Source: Acidimicrobiales bacterium | Lineage (GTDB): Bacteria; Actinomycetota; Acidimicrobiia; Acidimicrobiales; Bog-793 | Direction of reading: 5' to 3' | NCBI GenBank assembly: GCA_035533675.1 | Contig: DATLTI010000322.1 | Location: 1-40,955, forward strand | Length of the DNA stretch: 40,955 nt | The notes under the pieces: generated by a model | Database searches by the model: none | What the model was told of the DNA's origin: nothing | Seen by the model: the letters and a program-made list of their open reading frames with translations, nothing else | Part shown: piece after piece, positions 9,132 to 18,224 of the stretch | Position numbering within the stretch: position 1 is the first letter of the stretch | How the letters are laid out: each line of letters starts with the position of its first letter | Position numbers and translations under genes: made by a program

Positions 9132-9281
9132 GCACAAACAGGTCACGACCTCACACAAAGGGTTTCGTGGCGGTGATCGCACCTGCAAGGCCTTTCCTCT
9201 TTGGAGCCAAAGGCGCCTTCTAACAACACATGTGTGCCGACACAACTCGGTGGTGAGTGTCAATCGAAAGCAGGACTGAGA

Positions 9282-10172
9282 ATGAGCGTTTCCAAATACT
9301 TGCGAAACACGAGGCGCGCGCGTTTTGGCGTGGTTTCGTCGGTGACAGGGCTCATCGCTCTTACGTTGAGCCTGACGGTAGTTTCAACCGCTGCCCATGC
9401 GGCAACGGATCCGGGCCTTGGGCTCGCAAATACGTTCGGCATTCTTTCGAGCACGTACACCAATACGGCGATCGGGACAACGATTACTGGAGATCTTGGA
9501 TACACCACCGGTCCCGCGGTGGCACCCACAGTCAACGGCACGACCTATGTGGCTTCTGGATCGTATGCCCAGGCCGGGATTGATCAGGGATCTGCATTGA
9601 CAAATCTCAATAGCCAGCCATGTACCTTCACCTTCCCAGCCGGCCCGGTCGATCTTGCCACTGACACCTCACATGGCACGATTGGTAATTATGCCCCTGG
9701 GGTCTATTGCACCACAGCAAGCAGCGCTGCATCCATTGGAACTGCAGGCATCACACTGACCGGCAGCGGGACATACATCTTCCGCGTTGAGGGTGCACTG
9801 ACAACAGTTGCCAATTCCGCTGTCCGATTTGCGAGCGGAGCCTCAGCCTGTGACCTCTGGTGGACTCCTACAGCAGCCACCACGCTCGGAGCGACGTCAA
9901 CCTTCGCTGGCACAAACATTGATGCCTCCGGGATAACCATAGGCACCACGATTAACTGGACTGGCAGGGCTCTGGCATTTGGCGGAACAGTCTCAACAAC
10001 GACAGACACCATCACCGTCCCGACCTGCAGCGCTCCGACCACAACGACCACAACGACCGTCGCTCCGACCACAACGACCGTCGCTCCGACCAAAAAGGCC
10101 ACGTCACCCACGACGACTCCTACCGCGCCAACGAGCCCAATCGTGCCCGGATCAGTCTCTGTAACTGGCTGA
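9282..10172 (+). CDS. Secreted ice-binding-like family protein (DUF3494) with a Thr/Pro-rich C-terminal tail
   Basis: ORF 9201..10172; the ATG at 9282 gives MSVSKYLRNTRRARFGVVSSVTGLIALTLSLTVVSTAAHA (signal). LGLANTFGILSSTYTNTAIGTTITGDLGYTTGPAV...PGVYC...GTYIFRVEGALTTVANSAV...CDLWW...GRALAFGGTVS follows the DUF3494 beta-solenoid pattern. The tail is TTTTTTTVAPTTTTVAPTKKATSPTTTPTAPTSP. Confidence 0.75.
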   Translation: MSVSKYLRNTRRARFGVVSSVTGLIALTLSLTVVSTAAHAATDPGLGLANTFGILSSTYTNTAIGTTITGDLGYTTGPAVAPTVNGTTYVASGSYAQAGIDQGSALTNLNSQPCTFTFPAGPVDLATDTSHGTIGNYAPGVYCTTASSAASIGTAGITLTGSGTYIFRVEGALTTVANSAVRFASGASACDLWWTPTAATTLGATSTFAGTNIDASGITIGTTINWTGRALAFGGTVSTTTDTITVPTCSAPTTTTTTTVAPTTTTVAPTKKATSPTTTPTAPTSPIVPGSVSVTG

Positions 10173-10185
10173 CATCAGCTGACAG

Positions 10186-10237
10186 CACCTCCATCACCGG
10201 AGCCTTGGTCGAGCCAAACGCCGAGGTGATGAGGGTG
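10186..10237 (+). terminator. Imperfect stem-loop (11/13-bp stem) just after the DUF3494 gene stop
   Basis: cacctccatcacc ... ggtgatgagggtg begins 14 nt after the stop. Confidence 0.3.
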
Positions 10238-10440
10238 CAGCCATTCGAGATCGCGCATAATTGCATCATTGGCGCACGCGGGCACCTGTTCGAACATCTG
10301 CATTGAAAGTGTCGTGCTTCGGACAGATGGTTAAACTAACGGTACGGAATCACCCGGGATGAGAGAACTGTGAGTGCCCTTCGAATTCAAGAGACGTATT
10401 GGTGCGGGTCATTGTGACTGCACGATTGCACCGGGCGTCG

Positions 10441-11187
10441 ATGAAATCGTCAACAAAGTTTGCGCTCATCGGTCTTGTGATAACTGGCCTCGCGGCGATC
10501 GGGGCATTTGTTGGATTCGGTCTCAAATCAGCCTCCAACGTAGGTCGTCCAGCACCTCCTCGCGTACCTTCCACCTCAGCTCCAGCGTTGCATACGACGC
10601 TTATCGCAGCCCTCGTAAAGACGACAGCCGCGTACCTCTCTCCTGGTGGCCCTGCAACAGCTCCGATTGCGGCCTCATGGCATGGATCTCCTCTTGATCT
10701 CCCGGTCATTGCCTTACGAGATGGGTACCTTGAGGTACGACTGCCATCACGACCAAACGGCTCAACAACCTGGATACGCCGCAACAATGTCCACCTCCTT
10801 GAAACGCCATACAAGATCGTGATCGACCTTTCGACACGACACCTACTTCTCTATCGCGATGGGAAACTCACGCTGGACGCCCCGGCAGGTATCGGCACTG
10901 TCGCAGATCCAACACCAACAGGGCACTTTTTCGTTGCCTTCTTCGCAGAGGCGCCCTCGGCCGCGTGGGGACCCTTTGTCATTATTACCTCTGCACACTC
11001 GAACGCGATCAGCGACTGGGAAGAATCCGGCGATGCAATCGTCGCCATTCACGGCCCGCTCGGAGAGGACCAGGCCATCGGAACTACCGGAGCTCAGGTC
11101 TCGCATGGTTGTGTGCGTCTCCATGATGTTGCCCTTGTTCAACTCCGTGCAGTACCCGATGGTTCCCCGGTGGAGATCATCTCCTGA
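10441..11187 (+). CDS. L,D-transpeptidase (YkuD domain), membrane-anchored
   Basis: ORF 10399..11187; the start MKSSTKFALIGLVITGLAAIGAFVG is at 10441. The catalytic motif HGP....(x)..SHGCVRL is present (IVAIHGPLGEDQAIGTTGAQVSHGCVRLHD). Confidence 0.85.
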   Translation: MKSSTKFALIGLVITGLAAIGAFVGFGLKSASNVGRPAPPRVPSTSAPALHTTLIAALVKTTAAYLSPGGPATAPIAASWHGSPLDLPVIALRDGYLEVRLPSRPNGSTTWIRRNNVHLLETPYKIVIDLSTRHLLLYRDGKLTLDAPAGIGTVADPTPTGHFFVAFFAEAPSAAWGPFVIITSAHSNAISDWEESGDAIVAIHGPLGEDQAIGTTGAQVSHGCVRLHDVALVQLRAVPDGSPVEIIS

Positions 11188-11231
11188 CAAGACAACTCCG
11201 ACGTTGGGTAAATCTTGCCCAGCAGCGAGTC

Positions 11232-12176
11232 TTATAACCTCAAGAGCTGCTCAGCATTTAGATGAGCAATCTTTTCCCGGTCACCTGGGCTGATCGGGGC
11301 GTCGCGAAGAAAGGCCGTCGCTTCCATGCTGTCAGCAAACGGATGGTCGACGGAAAAGAGAATCCGGTCAGCACCAAAAACCATCAGCGCGCAGAGAAGC
11401 GGTGGATCCGTGAAGTACGCAGCAGTCGTGATATGAACCTGTTCGATTATGGTCTCCGCAACAGAACGTTCGAAGCCCGTCAAACGGCTCAACCGTTCAT
11501 CTGCGCGTGCAAGAGAAAATGGAAGATTCTCGCCCATGTGTCCAACGATGACGCGAAGACGCTGATAACGATCGAAGGTTCCATTGACCGCGAGCCTCAA
11601 CACATGGAGGCCACACTCCGCGTGCCACCCCCATCCTGCGGTTGCCAACATCTGGGCGACCGCAGGTTCAAGGCCGGAGAAGTAGGCATCCCGCACCGCT
11701 GGAGGAGGCTCTGCAGGATGGAGATAGATCGGCACATCGAGATCCTGGGCGGCTTCGAGAACGGGAGAGACCGATAGGTCATCAAGGAATACGCCATTGG
11801 TCTGTCCAAATACCATGGCGCCGACAAAACCAAGATCATGAACAGTCCTTTGCAGTTCAACAGCTGCTGCGACCGGATCCGACATCGGTAGCGTGGCAAA
11901 CGCGCGCAATCGATCCGGATGCGCACGGACTGCTCCCGCCATTCGATCGTTGGCCTCTCGCGCTAGTGCAATCGATTGTGCGGGCGAAAGTTCTTGTAAT
12001 TCATGCGCAATGAGCGAGAGGACCTGAATGTCGATTCCTGCCGCGTCCATCAATTCAATTCGACCTTGTCCCATTTCATCGAGCGCGTTTGCGAGAGATG
12101 GAGGTAGCCCTACCTTCCCGGCGGCTATGGCGATATCTCGCGGAAGTACATGTTCTTCAAGCGCGATCGTTCTCAA
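11232..12176 (-). CDS. Amidohydrolase-2 family (ACMSD-like) metal-dependent hydrolase
   Basis: 314 aa with a TTG start. The N-terminus RTIALEEHV is typical of PF04909 proteins. Confidence 0.75.
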   Translation of the reverse strand: MRTIALEEHVLPRDIAIAAGKVGLPPSLANALDEMGQGRIELMDAAGIDIQVLSLIAHELQELSPAQSIALAREANDRMAGAVRAHPDRLRAFATLPMSDPVAAAVELQRTVHDLGFVGAMVFGQTNGVFLDDLSVSPVLEAAQDLDVPIYLHPAEPPPAVRDAYFSGLEPAVAQMLATAGWGWHAECGLHVLRLAVNGTFDRYQRLRVIVGHMGENLPFSLARADERLSRLTGFERSVAETIIEQVHITTAAYFTDPPLLCALMVFGADRILFSVDHPFADSMEATAFLRDAPISPGDREKIAHLNAEQLLRL

Positions 12177-12215
12177 CGTGGCCCCCCACCCAAATATTCC
12201 AGAGCGGGCTTTACC

Positions 12216-12839
12216 CTAAACCGGCGAACCGCCCAAAGAAAAGACTATGCCTCGTCGATCCTCTGTGTGGATCCTTCGCAACATGAAAGACAAGAATGCT
12301 TGAGAGATACCGTTCGTCTTGAATTTGATCTGTGAGATTGGCGAAAACGCGGTCTCACCGTGATGACTGAGATCAAGCCCGTAAAATTCATCCTCAGGAC
12401 TGGCGCGCAGACCAACAAATCGGACGAAGAGCTCTGCAATGCCGTAATTGAATCCGAAGGCGTATGCGACCGTAACAACTGCTGCGAGAAGCTCCAAATC
12501 AATGAGTCGACCTTTTCAAGAGCAGCGGCGGTTGCCTGCAGAGACATTCATAGCGTGTTCGACAAAACATCCGAGCAGCATCATTCCGACCACTCCACCG
12601 ATTCCATGAATCCAAAGTACGTCGAGCGAATCGTCATATCCGTAACGGAACTTCCACGGTACGGATACGGCACAGATAATTCCGGCAGCAACCCCTACCG
12701 ACAGAGCAGGCATTGGACCTACGAAACCCGCACACGGAGTAACCGCGACCATCCCGGCGTAAGAGCGTGCGGGTCGCGGCGCCATGAACAATTCAAGAGC
12801 CGCGCACAAGAGAACCCAGACAGTGTCTCTCGCGTAGAT
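12216..12839 (-). pseudogene. Ammonium transporter (Amt) remnant: start codon lost, about 240 codons deleted internally, frameshift and stop loss in the C-terminal third
   Basis: It aligns codon by codon with the intact amt at 27036..28265. ATC-TAC-GCG-AGA-GAC-ACT-GTC-TGG-GTT here matches ATG-AAC-GCG-GGA-GAC-ACT-GCC-TGG-GTT there. ...YAGMV is joined directly to AVTPCAGFVGPMPAL (intact gene: YSGMV-RSKN... and ...VAGMV-AITPCAGFVGPMPAL). ORFs 12516..12809 and 12216..12497 carry the rest in two frames. Confidence 0.85.
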
Positions 12840-13188
12840 GAGCCCCCCGTTTCATATTGGTCAAAAAGCAACGAACTCTTTAACGACGATGCGAGACAAA
12901 CGCGATCACCGCTCAAACAGCAGACCTCCTCATCCGGAAACAGCACAGATTGGACGGAACAGCGTATCGTTCAACTCAATCGGACCCCACGGGAATCTGC
13001 CTTTGGAAAAGGCACATTCCGGGCTGTCAGTCTCGATAGACCGAGATGAAATGAGACCCTCTGACAAAGGACTTTTCAGATCCACCGCATGATCCGCCCG
13101 TATTGCTAACTCATGAGCACAATGTGCGCCCTCCGTTATTTCATTGACCCAACCCTCGAGTTCAAAGGTTGAGAAGTAGTCTGAGCCG

Positions 13189-14160
13189 ATGCCATTCGAT
13201 TCCAGCGAACTCGCCTGGGCGACGGAAATCGTCGCGAAGCACATGGCCCCGACGCCACAATATGTATGGCCGTTGATCTGTGAATTGGCAGGGGCAGAGG
13301 TATGGGTGAAGCACGAGAACCACACGCCGATTGGTTCATTCAAAGTCCGAGGTGGGCTTGTTTATTTTGAACGGCTGCGCAATGAACGCCCTGAGATAAA
13401 AGGCATCATTACCGCTACTCGTGGAAATCACGGACAGAGTATGGCGTTCGCTGGCCGAGCCGTAGGAGTTGAAGTTGTCATTGTCGTACCGAAAGGAAAC
13501 AACCCGGACAAGAACGCATCGATGCGAAGTCTTGGCGCGGAACTGATTGAACACGGACATGACTTTCAAGAATCCGTTGAATTCGCGCAGGCACTCGGGA
13601 TTGAGCGCGGACTCGAGATGGTCAGTCCCTACCATCCCGATCTTGTTCTTGGCGTCGCCACATATTCAAAAGAGCTTTTCGATGCTGCTGGTGAGCTCGA
13701 TGTCGTTTACGTACCAGTAGGGATGGGATCGGGAATATGTGGCATGTTGAACGTGCGAGATCTTCTTGGATTCAAAACCGAAGTTGTTGGTGTGGTGGCC
13801 AAGGAGGCTCCGGCGACAGCACTTTCATTTGCAGCTGGGCGCCTTGTCTCGACGGACACCGCCAACACATTCATTGACGGGGTTGCAGTTCGGACGCCAA
13901 ATTCAGAGGCGATATCACTCATAATCTCTGGCGCCTCTCGGATCGTGAAGACCAGCGAGGAAGAGGCGGCTGAAGCCATGAGAGAGCTCTATCGGACCAC
14001 ACATAATGTCGCCGAGCCCGCTGGCGCTCTCGCTTTCGCCGGACTGCGTGCTGATCGCGACCTTGTGCATGGAAAACGTGTCGGCATCATTCACAGCGGT
14101 GGTAACGCTGACACCAAGCACTTGGTCGAAGTGCTTGGTGGGCACACCCCTGCCCCATGA
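13189..14160 (+). CDS. PLP-dependent threonine/serine dehydratase (PALP family)
   Basis: 323 aa. HENHTPIGSFKVRGG contains the PLP lysine motif, and GMGSGICG is the glycine-rich phosphate loop. Confidence 0.85.
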   Translation: MPFDSSELAWATEIVAKHMAPTPQYVWPLICELAGAEVWVKHENHTPIGSFKVRGGLVYFERLRNERPEIKGIITATRGNHGQSMAFAGRAVGVEVVIVVPKGNNPDKNASMRSLGAELIEHGHDFQESVEFAQALGIERGLEMVSPYHPDLVLGVATYSKELFDAAGELDVVYVPVGMGSGICGMLNVRDLLGFKTEVVGVVAKEAPATALSFAAGRLVSTDTANTFIDGVAVRTPNSEAISLIISGASRIVKTSEEEAAEAMRELYRTTHNVAEPAGALAFAGLRADRDLVHGKRVGIIHSGGNADTKHLVEVLGGHTPAP

Positions 14161-14168
14161 AGAAGGAT

Positions 14169-14773
14169 TCAAATCATGCTGGGCCAGGGGGTTGGTGGAT
14201 CTGAAGGAACAGCACCCGACCCGTTCCCTACTAGCCGAGGGAGCAGAGTTTGCGCTGACCCCTTGAAACCGCCTACATATTCATTGAGGTAATGGTGGTT
14301 ACAGGAGTGGTTGGGATTTGGATGGAGGATGATGAGAAGTGACCACGCCGGCGCAGTTGGGTCGTACGCGTGGTCGGCGAAATCGTCTAGCAGGTCACGC
14401 AGCTTGGCCCGGAAGGCATCCATATCGGCTGGGGAAACGCGCGGACCGGCCTGAGTGATGTCGGCGTTCTCGGCGGGGACGAAGGTGATTTCGGCCAGCT
14501 AGGCCTCGAGCATGACATGGCTACTTCCCGGGGTGCTGAGCCGTCAGGCCTTCTTCGTCGCGAGGGAGGGCATCTCACCGGCCCCACGTGTGCCTCGCCG
14601 CTCCTGCTGGGCCTCGAGAAACCCCGTTCGCACGAGGGTCCTGACCTGGTGCAGGGTGCTCGCCGGATCCCGCGCGAGACGCTCGGCTATCTCCTTGTCG
14701 GTGCGGGCGTCTCCGACAAAGATGCGCGGAATATCTCATCCACTCGCGGATGACACAATTTGAGCGACAGCAT
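14169..14773 (-). pseudogene. Winged-helix (ArsR-like) regulator pseudogene: N-terminal frameshift plus in-frame TGA and TAG
   Basis: Minus-strand reading gives ...ARTDKEIAERLARDPASTLHQVRTLVRTGFLEAQQERRGTRGAGEMPSLATKKA*RLSTPGSSHVMLEA*LAEITFVPAE...MDAFRAKLRDLLDDFADHAYDPTAPAWSLLIILHPNP, all in one frame. From memory, homologs have W and F/Y at the two stop positions. Confidence 0.6.
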
Positions 14774-14781
14774 TTCTGAGG

Positions 14782-15519
14782 TCATTGGCCCTCCTTCTTG
14801 GAGATGAAAATCAGCTCACGACCAGGTCTGTCACTTGCTCCTCGGACTTCCTCAACGAAGAGGTCCGCCGCCTGCAACAAGTTTCGAACCTCATCTTCAG
14901 TCCTGAATCGCAACGTAGATTCCGAGGTGATCACTCGGCCGGATCCGAAGGCAAATGTCGATAGAAATGAGACAAACGGCTCTCGGACCGCAGTCATCTC
15001 CACCCAAGTCTCAAGAAAACCAACCTCTGGCAGGTCAACCCTTTTGTAGGATTTTTCTCGGGTCCAATCAAGCCAGGCCTTCTTCGCTGGATCTCTAACT
15101 TCAAACACCAAGCGACCACCCGGCCTAAGCGCGACGCGCGAACTTCGCAGGACCGACATGAACTCCTCATCGGTCAAGAACACCTGGCCGACATTGCCCG
15201 TCATCGTCACAAGATCAACCTGAAGCGGAGGAAGTGCCGTTGAATCACCTTCGATCCAGCGCACTTTGTCGGCATCCGACTTTCTACGGGCGACATCCAA
15301 CGACGCGTTTGCTGGGTCGAGGGCGATCACATTATGGCCTTGGCTGGCGAGAAGACACGCGAAGGTGCCAGTTCCACATCCGATGTCCAGCACTGAGCAT
15401 GCATCGAACTCCTTCACCAGGTCCACATATACATCGAGATCTCTGCGATCGGGGTCCAAAGGATCGTAAAGTGCAGCGAGGTCGGCATCTGAATACAATC
15501 GATCGACGTCGGCCATCAT
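14782..15519 (-). CDS. Class I SAM-dependent methyltransferase
   Basis: 245 aa. VLDIGCGTGTFACLLASQGHNVIALDPANASLDVARRK is the motif I / post-I region. Confidence 0.85.
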   Translation of the reverse strand: MMADVDRLYSDADLAALYDPLDPDRRDLDVYVDLVKEFDACSVLDIGCGTGTFACLLASQGHNVIALDPANASLDVARRKSDADKVRWIEGDSTALPPLQVDLVTMTGNVGQVFLTDEEFMSVLRSSRVALRPGGRLVFEVRDPAKKAWLDWTREKSYKRVDLPEVGFLETWVEMTAVREPFVSFLSTFAFGSGRVITSESTLRFRTEDEVRNLLQAADLFVEEVRGASDRPGRELIFISKKEGQ

Positions 15520-15757
15520 TGACTTCCCAGTTCATTTCTTCTTATCGGGACTTTTACTTCGCTCTCTTTCCATTGTCTCACGGCCATACTGAAACTCGAA
15601 AAAGATTCGGAGACAAGCCACAATCAGTTCACGGGTTTCTGGTCACCTTTGGAAGGTCCCCATTTCCTATGCCACGTGGCTCAGTTCAGAGGAATCCTTC
15701 CAAACCCATCAACTAGGCGGTAATTCTTTGGTGGCTTTTGCAAATCAATCATGCACG

Positions 15758-15872
15758 ATCGCGCACGACAAGCACGAACATACCAAGGTGAACCGAGGAA
15801 GACATACTGTCAGCAGGTGACACGTGATGGACGTGAGCGGACTCGAACCGCCAAATTCCACGATGCGAACTT
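15758..15872 (-). repeat. Copy A of the motif-X + tRNA-Ala(CGC) 3'-half-like repeat (degenerate)
   Basis: Plus strand: atcgcgcacgacaag, 56 nt, then ggacgtgagcggactcgaaccgccaaattccacgatgcgaac. Minus strand: GTTCGCATCGTGGAATTTGGCGGTTCGAGTCCGCTCACGTCCA. Confidence 0.7.
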
Positions 15873-16098
15873 GACCCGGAGCACTTCTTGAGGTGGGGCA
15901 ATTTGAAAAATTCCTGATCAGAGTAACAATGCATCTCAGCCAGTCTCACAAAGTCGCACTCGGTTTCACGGAGATCGCGCACGCAAAGCAACTCTTCAAA
16001 AGAAATTATTGATTCAAAAGCATCTTTATTGCTTTACAACACATCTCAACAAACTGAAGCGCGCGCCCGGATCTTCCCACGGATGCGAGACTGCATCG

Positions 16099-16617
16099 AT
16101 GAAGATTCGACCTGCGACCGAAAGAGACGCCGAGGAGATCGCCTCAGTTCACGTTCGATCGTGGCAATCGGCTTATCAAGGACTCATCCCTCAGAGTTAT
16201 CTCGATCAGCTCAATATCGAGCAGCGGAAGACTTCGTGGGAGCGTTATCTGCGAAATACGACCGGGAACCGCGAGGGATGCGTAGTGGCTGAAGAAGACG
16301 AGACGATCATTGGATTCGCTAATTTCGTGCCCTCACGCGATGAAGACAGCGATCCGATGGTGACAGCTGAGCTTGCCTCGATCTATCTATTAGCCGAAAG
16401 ATGGAACCAGGGCATTGGTCGGGCTCTCTTTCAACAAGTGGTCGAATTATGGCGACTTTTCGAATTTCAAGAGGCGACACTATGGGTTCTCAATTCGAAC
16501 ATGCGGGCAATGAACTTCTACGAACGCTTGGGCTGGTTCGTCGACGGCAAAGAAAAAAGTGAGAGTTCTTCTGGCGTTGTGCTCAGTGAATCTCGATATC
16601 GATACAAGATTATTTGA
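16099..16617 (+). CDS. GNAT family N-acetyltransferase
   Basis: ORF 16009..16617, start MKIRPATERDAEEIASVH at 16099. An acetyl-CoA motif is present (WNQGIGRALFQQVV). Confidence 0.85.
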   Translation: MKIRPATERDAEEIASVHVRSWQSAYQGLIPQSYLDQLNIEQRKTSWERYLRNTTGNREGCVVAEEDETIIGFANFVPSRDEDSDPMVTAELASIYLLAERWNQGIGRALFQQVVELWRLFEFQEATLWVLNSNMRAMNFYERLGWFVDGKEKSESSSGVVLSESRYRYKII

Positions 16618-16700
16618 GAATGTGAGACGCTCAAATTGTAAGCAATATCAATGAGGGCATCCATCGAATTCCTTGATCTTCGGTACGCGATGATGAACCT

Positions 16701-17234
16701 GTGCTGATCACCATTCGTTCCGGCGTGCCTTCGGATGGCCCATCCCTTCAGGCGATCGAAAGATTGGCAGGGGAGAAATTCCGGCTAGTCGGTTTGGATC
16801 ACGTTGCCAACGACGAACCACCCTCGGTAGAGAGCCTCGCGAATTACGCTGATGCTGGGCGCAGCTGGGTGGCGATCGATGAAACTGGGGATCCAATTGG
16901 ATACGTCATCATCGACGAAATTGATGGTAACGCGCACATTTCCCAAATGAGCGTGCACCCGGATTGGCAAGGGCGCGGCGTGGGCCGCATGCTCTTGAGC
17001 CGAGTACAAACTTGGGTGATCGACAACGGCAAGGGTGCTATTACGTTGACCACCTTTGACTTAGTTCCGTGGAATAGGCCGCTCTACGAACACCTTGGAT
17101 TTCGCGTTTTGACCGCCGAGGGCATCGGACCTGAATTGAGTGCGATCCAAACTTCTGAGACAGTTCGAGGGCTTACTCCCAGTGAAAGAGTATGTATGCG
17201 TCTTGATGTCCACGCTGGTTCAAAGGCACCTTGA
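16701..17234 (+). CDS. GNAT family N-acetyltransferase
   Basis: 177 aa with a GTG start. The motif is HPDWQGRGVGRMLLSRV. Confidence 0.85.
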   Translation: MLITIRSGVPSDGPSLQAIERLAGEKFRLVGLDHVANDEPPSVESLANYADAGRSWVAIDETGDPIGYVIIDEIDGNAHISQMSVHPDWQGRGVGRMLLSRVQTWVIDNGKGAITLTTFDLVPWNRPLYEHLGFRVLTAEGIGPELSAIQTSETVRGLTPSERVCMRLDVHAGSKAP

Positions 17235-17305
17235 ACCAGCAAAATCGTTGCACGAGGAATTTCCCACCACCGCAAGGCAAACGTGACCGATGTCATAATG
17301 AGGCA

Positions 17306-18091
17306 ATGGAAGAGGTTCTTTTTGGCGGTGTGGCCAACGCCGGAAAAGTCACACGGCACGGTCCGTTCGTCCTGCGTCCGAGCAATCTTTACTCTGCTTC
17401 GATCCACGCGTTTCTAAAAACACTCCGAAAAACCGGGTTTGAAGGTGCTTCATTGCCCATCGAAATCCAAGAGGATGGTCGCGAACGTCTGGTATTCATT
17501 GAGGGCGAAGTACCCATCCCGCCATACGCCACATGGGCCCAATCTGACGATGTCTTAGCATCGGTGACGCGGCTGATCTCCGATTTTCACCTGGCGTCAG
17601 CAACCGTGGATCGTTCAATGGAAACTTGGAATCATGAGATGTCGGATGCTTCCGGAGGTTCGATCATCTGCCATAACGATGTTTGCTTGGAGAACGTCAT
17701 TTCCCGAGATGGCAAAGCCATCGCGCTCATCGACTTCGACTTTGCTGCGCCCGGGCGGCCGACATATGACCTCGCGGCATTCGCGCGTATGTGCGTCCCT
17801 ATTGACGATGACATCAGCTCCGAACGCCTCGGTTGGTTGGAATCAGATCGTTCAGGTCGGCTCAGGCTCGTTGCCGATGTATACGGTCTCGATGCAAAAG
17901 GACGAAGAGAGCTCCTCGAATTTCTTGATGGCGCCATCCAAGGTGGTGGAACCTTTGTGCAACGACGCGCCAATGCCGGTGATACAAACTTCATTCAAAT
18001 GCTGGAAGAGATGGGCGGTATGGAGCGCTATGAACGACGTCGACGCTGGTGGATCGAGAGCAGAGAGCAGTTCCTCGCAGCGCTCTCGTAG
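17306..18091 (+). CDS. Phosphotransferase enzyme family protein (APH/kinase-like)
   Basis: ORF 17231..18091; the ATG at 17306 follows GAGG. Catalytic motifs are ICHNDVCLENV (HxDxxxxN) and LIDFDFA. Confidence 0.8.
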   Translation: MEEVLFGGVANAGKVTRHGPFVLRPSNLYSASIHAFLKTLRKTGFEGASLPIEIQEDGRERLVFIEGEVPIPPYATWAQSDDVLASVTRLISDFHLASATVDRSMETWNHEMSDASGGSIICHNDVCLENVISRDGKAIALIDFDFAAPGRPTYDLAAFARMCVPIDDDISSERLGWLESDRSGRLRLVADVYGLDAKGRRELLEFLDGAIQGGGTFVQRRANAGDTNFIQMLEEMGGMERYERRRRWWIESREQFLAALS

Positions 18092-18224
18092 AAAGCTTGC
18101 GGCAATCTCTTTCAATCTGGCGAAATCAATAAGCACGGATGATTGCCGCGCGACAGAGGGGAACCCTAATGAACCCCACTTTCGAATCCTCTGGTCAGTC
18201 AACACATGTCGATAAGGGAGATCA

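Noticed and set aside
12360-13049. 229-aa plus-strand ORF, and similar ORFs at 27238..27689 and 28210..28545.
   Set aside because: They are antisense to the amt remnant, the intact amt gene and the amt leader. Their composition is Arg/Ser/Pro-rich and non-protein-like.
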